Source: a virus
Direction: 5' to 3' (one strand)
IMG/VR virus record: IMGVR_UViG_3300029228_000011
Length of the DNA stretch: 37,280 nt
In this document: in pieces, positions 31,001-37,280 of the stretch
Position numbering within the stretch: the first letter of the stretch is position 1
Layout of the letters: each line of letters starts with the position of its first letter
The notes under the pieces: model-generated
What the model was told of the DNA's origin: nothing
What the model saw: only the letters and a program-made list of their open reading frames with translations
The model's database searches: none
Program-made: the position numbers and the translations under genes

Positions 31001-32949
31001 TGTGCTTTGTCTGAGGCTGTTTTATTTGTTTTATCCGCCAGCTCGTAGAGTTTGTCCGCAAGGTTCTGGTAGGTAGCCGCTTCTGTTTTCGCACTTTTGA
31101 TGCTTTCTTTTCTCTCTTTCGCATGCTCTTCCATGCTGTCTTTCAGCTCATCGTAGGAATCCTTGCACTGATCGATCGCCTTCCGGTTCTTTACTGACTC
31201 CGATGTCCGGTCTTTCATGACCGCCCCGAATGCCACGGCTGCCGCTGTAAGGGCTGTAAGGGCTGTAAGGGCTACTGCTACCGCACCGACTGGATTCGCA
31301 AGGAGTGCCGCTGAAAACTTCGTAAATGCTGTTGTAACCTGTTGAACGACCAGCAACCCGACCAGTGCTGCTGCCAGTACTGCAAGGGCTGCTGCCAGTG
31401 CCGTGACTGCCGCCACTACTTCCGGGTGTTCCTTGACGAACTCCGTTGCCCATTCCATCGCATCTGCCCCGCTCTGCTGGAGTTCCATCAGCACCGGTGC
31501 AAGCTCATCACCGATCGCTATCTTCAGGTTCTCGATGGCGTTCTGGAAACGCTGCTGAGCAAATTCCCCGGTTTCTGACATCTTCTCAAATGCAGTGGTT
31601 GCCGCCCCGGTGCTTCCTTCCATCGCCTGCACCAGGCTGTTGTATTTGGACGTTCCGCTGTTCAGGATGGACAGCATACCGACGCCGGCCTCGGAACTCG
31701 ACCACATGTTGTTGAATGCGGTCGTGTCACCGTCCACGCTGTCGGCCAGTACCTGCAGCACATCTCCAAGTGAATTGCCCTCTGCCATCAATTCCGCGAA
31801 AGTCTTGCCGGTTTTCTTCTTGAGCGTTGAGCCGACAACAGAACTTGTGCTTCCAAGTTCGTTCAGGGCCGCTTTGACGTAAGTTGTCGCCTGGGCGGTC
31901 TGTGTACCGTTGGCCGTCAGCAATGCATAACTTGCCGACAGGTCTTCCAGGTCCATGTTGTACGCCGCCGCCAGCGGGATGACCATGCCCATGCTTGCAC
32001 CTAACTGTGCAACGGAGGTCTTGCCCAGGTTCTGCGTTGTGATCAGGATATCTGAGATCTTCGCTGCGTCATCCGCAGACATACCATAAGCGTTGATGGC
32101 GGTCGTCAGGATGTCCACGGCGGTCGTGGTGTCGGAAAACCCACCGACAGCCAGCTTGTTCGCCGTACCGACAAAATCCACCGCACTTTCGGTCGCTACC
32201 GATGCAGAAATGGCCTGGTAGGTCGCTTCTGCCAATTCCCCGACACTCTTTCCGGTTTCACCGGACAATGCCAGGATCTCGTTCCTCATATCACCGAGCG
32301 GCTTCTGCGACTCATCTGCAATCGTGCCAACCTTGGCCATCGCCGTTTCGAACTCCATGCTTGCCTGCGTGCAGCCCATGAGTGCGTCCGTGATCGCCTT
32401 GACGGATGCAGTCACCCCGGCAGCTACCAGGGCCTGTGCAAGGGCATCAATAGCTGTACTTGCCTGGTCTGTCCCTTCCTCAAACCCGTCCCCGATGCTG
32501 TCGCCTATGTCAGAGGCACTGTCTCCCACGTCTTTCGCCGCATCCGAAACGCTGTCCGCAACGTCCGACATGGCATCCTCTACCGCTTCTGCTGCACTCT
32601 CGCCGGCTTCTTCCACAGATTCCACAATATTGTCCACAGCGTCCTGCACGGACTCTGCGGCATCCTGTCCGGCATCTTTCGCCGCATCTGTGACCGCATC
32701 CGCCGCATCTTCTGCTGCGTCCTGCACATCTTCCAGTGCATTTTCCACCTGCTTTGCCGCTTTTTCTGCGTCTTTTCCTGCTTCCTCTGTCGCCTGGGAA
32801 ACGGCCTGCTCTGCCTGTTTTGCCGCATCCCGTGCATCGGAGGCAGTCTGCTGCGTTGCACCCTTCGCTGCCTGCTCGATCCGCTTTAAGCCTTTCTGAA
32901 ATCCACTCTCGTCGATCTCAGTGTCAAATCTTAGTGTTCCGTCTGCCAT
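28054..32949 (-). CDS. Tail tape measure protein
   Basis: 1631 aa. Contains an acidic repeat N-terminus, a conserved core (GKTSVAQLGASMGMVIPLAAAYNMDLEDLSASYALLTANG), a hydrophobic segment and long coiled coils. Confidence 0.95.
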   Translation of the reverse strand: MADGTLRFDTEIDESGFQKGLKRIEQAAKGATQQTASDARDAAKQAEQAVSQATEEAGKDAEKAAKQVENALEDVQDAAEDAADAVTDAAKDAGQDAAESVQDAVDNIVESVEEAGESAAEAVEDAMSDVADSVSDAAKDVGDSASDIGDSIGDGFEEGTDQASTAIDALAQALVAAGVTASVKAITDALMGCTQASMEFETAMAKVGTIADESQKPLGDMRNEILALSGETGKSVGELAEATYQAISASVATESAVDFVGTANKLAVGGFSDTTTAVDILTTAINAYGMSADDAAKISDILITTQNLGKTSVAQLGASMGMVIPLAAAYNMDLEDLSASYALLTANGTQTAQATTYVKAALNELGSTSSVVGSTLKKKTGKTFAELMAEGNSLGDVLQVLADSVDGDTTAFNNMWSSSEAGVGMLSILNSGTSKYNSLVQAMEGSTGAATTAFEKMSETGEFAQQRFQNAIENLKIAIGDELAPVLMELQQSGADAMEWATEFVKEHPEVVAAVTALAAALAVLAAALVGLLVVQQVTTAFTKFSAALLANPVGAVAVALTALTALTAAAVAFGAVMKDRTSESVKNRKAIDQCKDSYDELKDSMEEHAKERKESIKSAKTEAATYQNLADKLYELADKTNKTASDKAQMNTIVDQLNGAMPELGLSIDETTGALNREKSAVDAVIDSMKQQALANAYQEQANKAASDLAEAQIQLSEAEEVLNDLRSQAVKKINEHNAAVQDGTESVQEMASSYAAAGEPVDKYALQLNALNGQIKEQKEVVAGLQGTTSEADERYNKIAEKAYEYKTAVEESNQGVADSATEMSDEVKQAYEDMKTSIQNNLKGVVNAYEDFSGGEEISAGDVVTHLQSAANGVDQWADNLITLAGRAGEGMTKEFFSYLVNLGPQSANLVKACTEMTGKELQDAVVAYSESGGEAAEAYSEKFAAIITNWDSTGQEIVQKAGEIGEQSGKEHTEKAKSGIESGQKEVTEAARKGGEEAGKESQKATADGIQQNSGQVSQAASNSIRKAEDAALGYYNGFYNVGANLMRGTVAGMTANSPAVEEAARAAVRNAVAGAKKEGNIKSPSRVMRDEVGEMLAAGMAVGIDEGSGDVEKSARDLAKVSVDATKDELGIHSPSKVFKNKIGKNIVSGVIKGIEAEVPKLKKTMKKMSEEAVKAAGEVDAAKGGYSDAASAIMESITNGLDKRQELLVSKLDNKIDGYVDKVVKKYEKLAEDKKTEAGNTTDATQKKKLQEEAKKFRKNAKKIKNYANKYTSTFMDALKEGTEKAYSKIEDDLDKKLDEIADKYQKAYDKIISFRDDMKKKMSEPANMYDLDTQLTQVERYQEGLKKLKDKIPESLMDQILGMDLNEADNFVEHLNAMSAEELAAYKKKWEQLQGSSETYSKEFFEQRLTDVKAGWTKEVEEAAKTAQEAAEEAGKKIAKSLIKSLNGEKETLKKSMRGIAKDMIEAFKKAFGLGKDGKKAEGSKTTAEAKGTGTAASGKTSAKKKKTTAKNKKEEKEWQVYRETKEYEKARKKIEQGTQAEMQAVMAEVERMQNTIASLESMGASPTVNVSSPQISLANNQPVQLQAEIHTTVDLDGRTVGKAVTPYVNENMNTIRNRQRRGS

Positions 32950-32970
32950 TTCCTGCCTCCCATCTTCTTA

Positions 32971-33537
32971 TCAGTCTCCCCACATCGCAGCCGCGAACAG
33001 GTCACCGATCTGTTCCTCATCCCGCTCGTCTTCCAGGGATATTGCCCGCTGGATCTTCTGGATCCGCTGGCGTTCCTGTTTGTCCCTAATCTTTCCGGCA
33101 TCGATCGAACGGTAGCCGATGCGGGTTTTCGTGCCGGAATCATCCGGCAGGCCTTCCAGCAGCATCTGGAACTTCTGCCAGTGCAGATATTTACAGGCTA
33201 GAAGGTCAATGCCGTAATAGTTCTGGAAATCGCTGACGATATACGGTGCATCCTTCTCATAGCTGAACGTCTGCTTTCCACTGCCTTCACGCTCTTTTTC
33301 CTTTTCTGCTAACCGGATGCCGGCAATGAAATCCGTGACTGCCTGGACGGCCCCCTGGATGTCCGGCGGAATCTCTTTTTTGTATAACCGCAGGATCAGA
33401 AAGAGCCGGCTGCCCGGCTCCCCTGCCTGCTTCACTTCCCCGATCAGCTTCAGCACTGCCCGGAAGTCCGTCTTGACCGGGTACAGGACGCCCCCAACCT
33501 CAACGCTTTTCGGCAGTGGTTCATATAATGGGTTCAC
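32971..33537 (-). CDS. Gp15-like tail assembly chaperone
   Basis: 188 aa. The N-terminus MNPLYEPLPKSVEVGGVLYPVKTDFRAVLKL matches the pattern recalled for the Bacteriophage Gp15 protein family. Lies immediately upstream of the tape measure gene. Confidence 0.7.
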   Translation of the reverse strand: MNPLYEPLPKSVEVGGVLYPVKTDFRAVLKLIGEVKQAGEPGSRLFLILRLYKKEIPPDIQGAVQAVTDFIAGIRLAEKEKEREGSGKQTFSYEKDAPYIVSDFQNYYGIDLLACKYLHWQKFQMLLEGLPDDSGTKTRIGYRSIDAGKIRDKQERQRIQKIQRAISLEDERDEEQIGDLFAAAMWGD

Positions 33538-33543
33538 AGGTCA

Positions 33544-34074
33544 TCAGCCTACGGTCGGCTTTTCCAGGAACGTGCAGCTCTTGCCGTCTGCCGCAACCTT
33601 GGCATAGCCCTTGACCGGTTCGGACTTCACGCCGAACGACCCGGAATACTGCAGTGCATCGGTTCCGTCACCGGATGCATCCGGGAGGATGGAGAACTCA
33701 CGTTTTCTTGCCACGAATTCATCCTCTTTGGTCGCTTCGCCCTTGTCGAAGAAGTCCACGACCACGATGTTCCTGGTCTCCCCGGTCAGCTCGTCATCGT
33801 GCACGGATGCGATGTCCATCAGGATCGGGTTGTTCTCGTGCATGTCGAAGTTATAGGACCATGAGGTGCCGTAACCGGTCACGTCGCTGTCGCTGGAATC
33901 CTTGTCCACGTACTGGCGTTCATAGGTGGTCGGGTTCTTGGACTCTGAAAGTGTCGTGAACTTCTCCATACGGGTAAATTCTGTTGGCTCTGCCCCATCG
34001 CTGGCCGGTACGCCGTAGAAGGACACCCTGCCGGTTCTCTTGACTAATTTCGTTTTATTATTTTTTTCTGCCAT
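33544..34074 (-). CDS. Major tail (tube) protein
   Basis: 176 aa. Lies between the neck genes and the chaperone. Beta-rich acidic sequence typical of tube proteins. Confidence 0.65.
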   Translation of the reverse strand: MAEKNNKTKLVKRTGRVSFYGVPASDGAEPTEFTRMEKFTTLSESKNPTTYERQYVDKDSSDSDVTGYGTSWSYNFDMHENNPILMDIASVHDDELTGETRNIVVVDFFDKGEATKEDEFVARKREFSILPDASGDGTDALQYSGSFGVKSEPVKGYAKVAADGKSCTFLEKPTVG

Positions 34075-34077
34075 AAT

Positions 34078-34509
34078 TTAAGCCTCCTGTTCATAAATTA
34101 AGCGGCACTCGATACGATACGTAGCAAGATTAGCTTCGGCATCGTACAGGTAACCGCTGTTTAAGGTTTCAACTGCTGTTGCATGTTGTTTTTCGTTTGC
34201 CAGCTCCGGAAGTTCCCCATCGTCCGAGGATTCTTCCAGCCACTCCTGAAGCCCCTGGTAGAAGCCGCTGTTCTCGATATTCACCCTGGCATCCTCGTCA
34301 TAGGTTTCCTTGGAACAAACCGCAAACTGGTACTGTTTCTTTTTCCCGCCATCCACATATTTCTGGATCACTGGATCACACGGGAGCGGGTCGATGGAGT
34401 AACTCATCTCCTCGCCCAGGTAATCCACGTTGACCCGGCCGTCATGTAAAAACGGACAGGTCAGGAAGAATGTACGGATGCTCTCGATGATGCTACTTTC
34501 CGCATGCAA
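34078..34509 (-). CDS. Neck / tail-terminator-like protein (minor capsid protein family)
   Basis: 143 aa. Assigned from position in the neck gene series. Confidence 0.55.
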   Translation of the reverse strand: MHAESSIIESIRTFFLTCPFLHDGRVNVDYLGEEMSYSIDPLPCDPVIQKYVDGGKKKQYQFAVCSKETYDEDARVNIENSGFYQGLQEWLEESSDDGELPELANEKQHATAVETLNSGYLYDAEANLATYRIECRLIYEQEA

Positions 34510-34885
34510 TTTTACCCGCCTCCTTCTGGATGCTGTCCTTGTGCCGGTTCTTCATGCGTTCGAACCATTTGGACTGCTTTTTGTGTTCGTAGTACTGCCT
34601 TCTGGCGTACGGTGTGGACTGCACGATCAGACCGGAACCGGTGACCGTGCCAAGTGTTGCTGCATCCCGCAGTGTGCCACTTCGGAACGGTGTCTCCGGT
34701 TCCATACGGTCTATGCAGGTCTGATCCACATACTTTTGTGCTTCTGCAAGGTTTCCGTTGAGCCTTGCCGCAAGGGAGGCATCCCATTCCATCCTTGCCG
34801 TGAACATCCCGCCGCTGCCATGCCCGCTGTAGCGGACGTCCTGCGGCTGCCGGATCTGGAACGTTTTCCTGGTCTCTGCCATCAT
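34493..34885 (-). CDS. HK97 gp10-like neck/tail-completion protein
   Basis: 130 aa, counting from the ATG at 34885 (ATGA overlap with the upstream stop). Sequence MMAETRKTFQIR...TPYARRQYYEHK. The tracked 5' extension to 35002 is off-pattern. Confidence 0.65.
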   Translation of the reverse strand: MMAETRKTFQIRQPQDVRYSGHGSGGMFTARMEWDASLAARLNGNLAEAQKYVDQTCIDRMEPETPFRSGTLRDAATLGTVTGSGLIVQSTPYARRQYYEHKKQSKWFERMKNRHKDSIQKEAGKIACGK

Positions 34886-35226
34886 GCACCCCCTGTCACC
34901 TTGATGTGCGGATTGCCGCCATACCGGTTGTAGTTTGCCGCCGACACCTTGAAGTGTTCTGTGCCGGCCAGGTCTTTCGCCGTCTTTATCTGCACGCTGC
35001 ACTGCCCTTTTACCAGGTAATCATCCTTTTTTACCAGGACTGTTATATCTGGTATGCGGACCGTGAAAGTGTCCGCGGTCTTCCTGCCTTCCGTGGTGAC
35101 GCTGGACTGTTCTGCCTCGTACCACCAGAGTGCCGGGATGTATGTACTCCCCCACTCATCCAGACGGGTTGCCGGATTGTAATGGCGGTGGTAGAGGGTT
35201 GCGTCAGTGTTGGTCAGCATCGTCAT
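34882..35226 (-). CDS. Head-closure / head-tail adaptor protein
   Basis: 114 aa. Assigned from position in the neck gene series. Confidence 0.55.
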   Translation of the reverse strand: MTMLTNTDATLYHRHYNPATRLDEWGSTYIPALWWYEAEQSSVTTEGRKTADTFTVRIPDITVLVKKDDYLVKGQCSVQIKTAKDLAGTEHFKVSAANYNRYGGNPHIKVTGGA

Positions 35227-35593
35227 ACACCCCCATATTCAACAGGCCGGTCGGTTCCAGGTACAACGCCGCCGTCTGGTAGATCTTGCCCGCCAGTATC
35301 TCCTGGGCGGTTTTGCCGCCCTGTTCCTGCACATACGATACAGAATAGCCGTCTGTGTTTTCTGATGCGACCTCCCTGCCCTGGTGTTCTGCCTTTGCTG
35401 CCTGGTCTGCGTACAGAAGGTCACAGCACGCACAGGCGGCATGCTGCACTTCTTCCATGGATCTGTCTGCACGGTCGAACGTGATCCGCCGGATGTGTGC
35501 CGACACCGGCACGATCACCCTGCGGAACTGTTCTTCCGTCAGTCCACCGCCATACTGCCCTGTATAGAATGCATAATCGGTATACTGTGTCAT
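35204..35593 (-). CDS. Head-tail connector (gp6-like)
   Basis: 129 aa. Lies immediately after the major capsid gene. N-terminus MTQYTDYAFYTGQYGGGLTEEQFRRV. Confidence 0.6.
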   Translation of the reverse strand: MTQYTDYAFYTGQYGGGLTEEQFRRVIVPVSAHIRRITFDRADRSMEEVQHAACACCDLLYADQAAKAEHQGREVASENTDGYSVSYVQEQGGKTAQEILAGKIYQTAALYLEPTGLLNMGVYDDADQH

Positions 35594-35605
35594 AGTCCCG
35601 CCCTC

Positions 35606-36610
35606 TCAGGCTTTGTGTGACACGTAGAAGCCAGCCGCTTTGTTGCGGTAGTAATCCACCAGGCCATACTTGCGGTATTTCAGGATATCGCCGTCTGCAT
35701 TCGCGTTCAGGCTTGCCGGGATGATGTCGCTCGCAACGTGTTTATCAAATTTGATGATCGCCGGTTTATGGATGATCATGAAGTTGATGTCCTTGCCTTC
35801 TTCCGAAATTTTTTCGTAGTAGGTGGAAATGCTTCCCGCTGCCGGGCTTTTGACTGCTTCATAGCTGCTGCCGCTCTGTGTGTAGTAGGTCTTCCCGGAT
35901 ACCACCGAAGAATCCTTCGTCTTTTCGTAAGCTGCCGTGCCTCTTGTGTAATGGCCGGCTTCCTCGCCCTCGCTCTTTCCGTCCAGCAGATGGATTGCGG
36001 TATAGAATCTGGACTGCGGCACCTTCTTCTTGATGTTGAATGCATTCAGGATCTCACGGGACTTCGTTGTGTCCAGTGCCATGACCCCGTTCATCAGTGT
36101 CGGGGTCGCATACAGGATCCTGCCCTCTTCCGGCACTTCGTCCTCATCCATCACGTTCTTTGCCTCGATCAGGGCTTTCAGGAACGCTTCTGCATCCGCC
36201 AGGTTCTCCGCTTTCTTTGTGATGCCGTCAAATCCGCAGATGGTCGCAAAAGTAAATGCATCTGCCTCCGGTGCTACCCTGGTTCTCTGCAGCTCTGCTC
36301 CTGCCCTCGTAAATGCCAGGTTCATAGACTCCTGGTTGTCCATCGTATCTACTTCCAGTTTGGCACCACGGTCATAATTGAATCGTGCAGTTGCCCATTG
36401 CAGTGATACAGCCGCAGAAGTATAACCGGAATTGCGGTCGTAATTTCCCAGTCCTCCGACCTCGATCTGCGGGTATAAGATCTCGCTCACATTTGCTCCG
36501 GCACGCATCATGCTCGGATCACTGGTCAGATCTGCGGTCACAGATGCACTTTTGTACACCTCGTCAATGATATCCAGATAGTTTTTTGCTAATTCAATCG
36601 TATTCGCCAT
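35606..36610 (-). CDS. Major capsid protein
   Basis: 334 aa. Follows the scaffold gene, with typical size and sequence character. Confidence 0.85.
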   Translation of the reverse strand: MANTIELAKNYLDIIDEVYKSASVTADLTSDPSMMRAGANVSEILYPQIEVGGLGNYDRNSGYTSAAVSLQWATARFNYDRGAKLEVDTMDNQESMNLAFTRAGAELQRTRVAPEADAFTFATICGFDGITKKAENLADAEAFLKALIEAKNVMDEDEVPEEGRILYATPTLMNGVMALDTTKSREILNAFNIKKKVPQSRFYTAIHLLDGKSEGEEAGHYTRGTAAYEKTKDSSVVSGKTYYTQSGSSYEAVKSPAAGSISTYYEKISEEGKDINFMIIHKPAIIKFDKHVASDIIPASLNANADGDILKYRKYGLVDYYRNKAAGFYVSHKA

Positions 36611-36627
36611 GTTTCATCTCTCCTTTT

Positions 36628-37191
36628 CTATTTGCTTTCCGCAGGTGGTAAACCTGCTGCTGCCCTCATGGCAGCCAGTGCCGAGTCCGTTCCGCCGTTC
36701 CCGCCGGACGGTCCGACCGGATTCTTGAAAGGTTCATCTGACCCAAACAGATAAGCGTCAGACTCTTTTGCGGCATCCAGTGCTTTCTTGATGTCCGCAC
36801 TCTGGTCTTTGGATTCCCTTAAGGCATCCATGTCAAGCAGTGCCATGACCGCCTTTGCATTTCTGCCGCCTGCTTCCTTGATCGCAGATCTGACGGAATC
36901 TGTAAACACACGTTCCGCTTCCTTTGCGTCATACGTCTCTTTCTGCGTCTTCAAGTCGTCCTGGAGTTTTGTGATCTGCCCTTTGAGGTCTGCGACGTCA
37001 ACGCCGTCAAACTCCTTGAGCTTCCCGTTTACCGTATCCAGTGAAGTCTTGTACTCGTCCCGCTGGTTCACTGCTTTGTCGTACTCGTTTTTGGTGCGGT
37101 AGTTCTCCTTCCAGGACTTGTCAAAATCTGCCTTTTTCTCTTCCGGGATCTCCAGACCGTAATCTTTCAGAATCTCATAGATATTTTTCAT
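36628..37191 (-). CDS. Scaffolding protein (GP20-like)
   Basis: 187 aa, helical and charged. MKNIYEILKDYGLEIPEEKKADFDKSWKENYRTKNEYD. SD AGGAGG lies 9 nt upstream. Confidence 0.8.
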   Translation of the reverse strand: MKNIYEILKDYGLEIPEEKKADFDKSWKENYRTKNEYDKAVNQRDEYKTSLDTVNGKLKEFDGVDVADLKGQITKLQDDLKTQKETYDAKEAERVFTDSVRSAIKEAGGRNAKAVMALLDMDALRESKDQSADIKKALDAAKESDAYLFGSDEPFKNPVGPSGGNGGTDSALAAMRAAAGLPPAESK

Positions 37192-37280
37192 TGCTTCGTT
37201 CCTCCTGAAATGTTTTATTGACCGCTCTTTCAGCGGTGTGGGATATAGCCGGTTAGACCTCCGGCCGGGTAACTGCCCAG
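37182..37280. repeat. Terminal direct repeat, right copy
   Basis: Identical to 1..99. It includes the first 10 nt of the scaffold CDS and that gene's 5' leader. Confidence 0.95.

Larger units (their letters stand above)
1..37280. mobile_element. Complete temperate phage genome (siphovirus-type, long non-contractile tail). Unit length is about 37181 bp and the contig closes on itself.
   Basis: Full set of modules is present: integrase/repressor, replication, terminase-portal-capsid, tape measure and tail, holin-lysin. The two ends of the window share an identical 99-bp repeat. Confidence 0.9.

Noticed and set aside
32931-33143. Overlapping 70-aa ORF considered as a G/T-type frameshift extension of the tail chaperone.
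   Set aside because: It is in the +1 frame, not the -1 frame. It is Arg-rich junk, extends only about 13 codons past the Gp15-like stop, and runs into the tape measure start. I saw no slippery heptamer.
34512-34889. 125-aa alternative frame in the neck region.
   Set aside because: It is Arg/Gly/His-rich off-frame sequence. The other frame (34493..34885) has an ATGA coupling to the upstream gene and a gp10-like sequence.
1-37280. I scanned the whole window for CRISPR arrays, transposases/IS ends, reverse transcriptase (DGR/retron), rRNA, and evidence of stop-codon reassignment.
   Set aside because: - I saw no regularly spaced repeat arrays.
- I recognised no transposase or reverse transcriptase motifs.
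- All large genes read through cleanly with the standard code.
- The only in-frame stop of note is the single TAA at 8254, which is reported separately.

Overview
The window is a complete, circularly closed genome of about 37.18 kb from a temperate siphovirus-type phage. Bases 1..99 are identical to 37182..37280. The host is probably a monoderm Firmicute or Clostridia; this is an inference from the consensus GGAGG ribosome-binding sites, the TcdE-like holin plus amidase lysis cassette, and the Sak4/DUF669/SF2-helicase replication module. Almost everything is on the minus strand.

Gene order, following minus-strand transcription:
- Early genes: 18370 down to about 16889.
- Replication and recombination module: 16902 down to 9260.
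- Small Cys-rich ORFs, a sigma-r4-like late regulator and a tRNA(CAT).
- terS, terL, portal and a MuF/minor-capsid protein.
- A four-gene accessory island: DNA methyltransferase, an unknown protein, a lipoprotein and another unknown protein.
- Across the circular junction: scaffold, capsid, neck, tail tube, Gp15-like chaperone, a 1631-aa tape measure, Dit, Tal, two fibre paralogs, holin and amidase endolysin.

The plus strand carries only the lysogeny and moron region, which is visibly more AT-rich. It holds an XRE repressor, a two-gene cassette of unknown function, and a tyrosine integrase followed by an attP that contains the 3' end of a tRNA.

Most interesting candidates:
1. The MuF head protein carries an unrelated C-terminal module that looks DUF6883-like, and a translationally coupled 55-aa DUF4926-like gene follows it. 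This is the MuF polymorphic toxin/immunity architecture, with a module of unknown activity.
2. An autonomous, terminator-bounded cassette (TPR-like protein plus a YbjQ-domain protein) sits with an adjacent small HTH gene in the repressor-integrase hotspot.
3. A mini transcription unit flanked by operator-like repeats encodes a 36-aa peptide and converges on the repressor gene.
4. An HTH gene is split by a C9 homopolymer.
5. A cluster of direct and inverted repeats downstream of the primase-helicase gene looks like a replication origin.

All family names come from recalled motif and sequence patterns. No database search was run.
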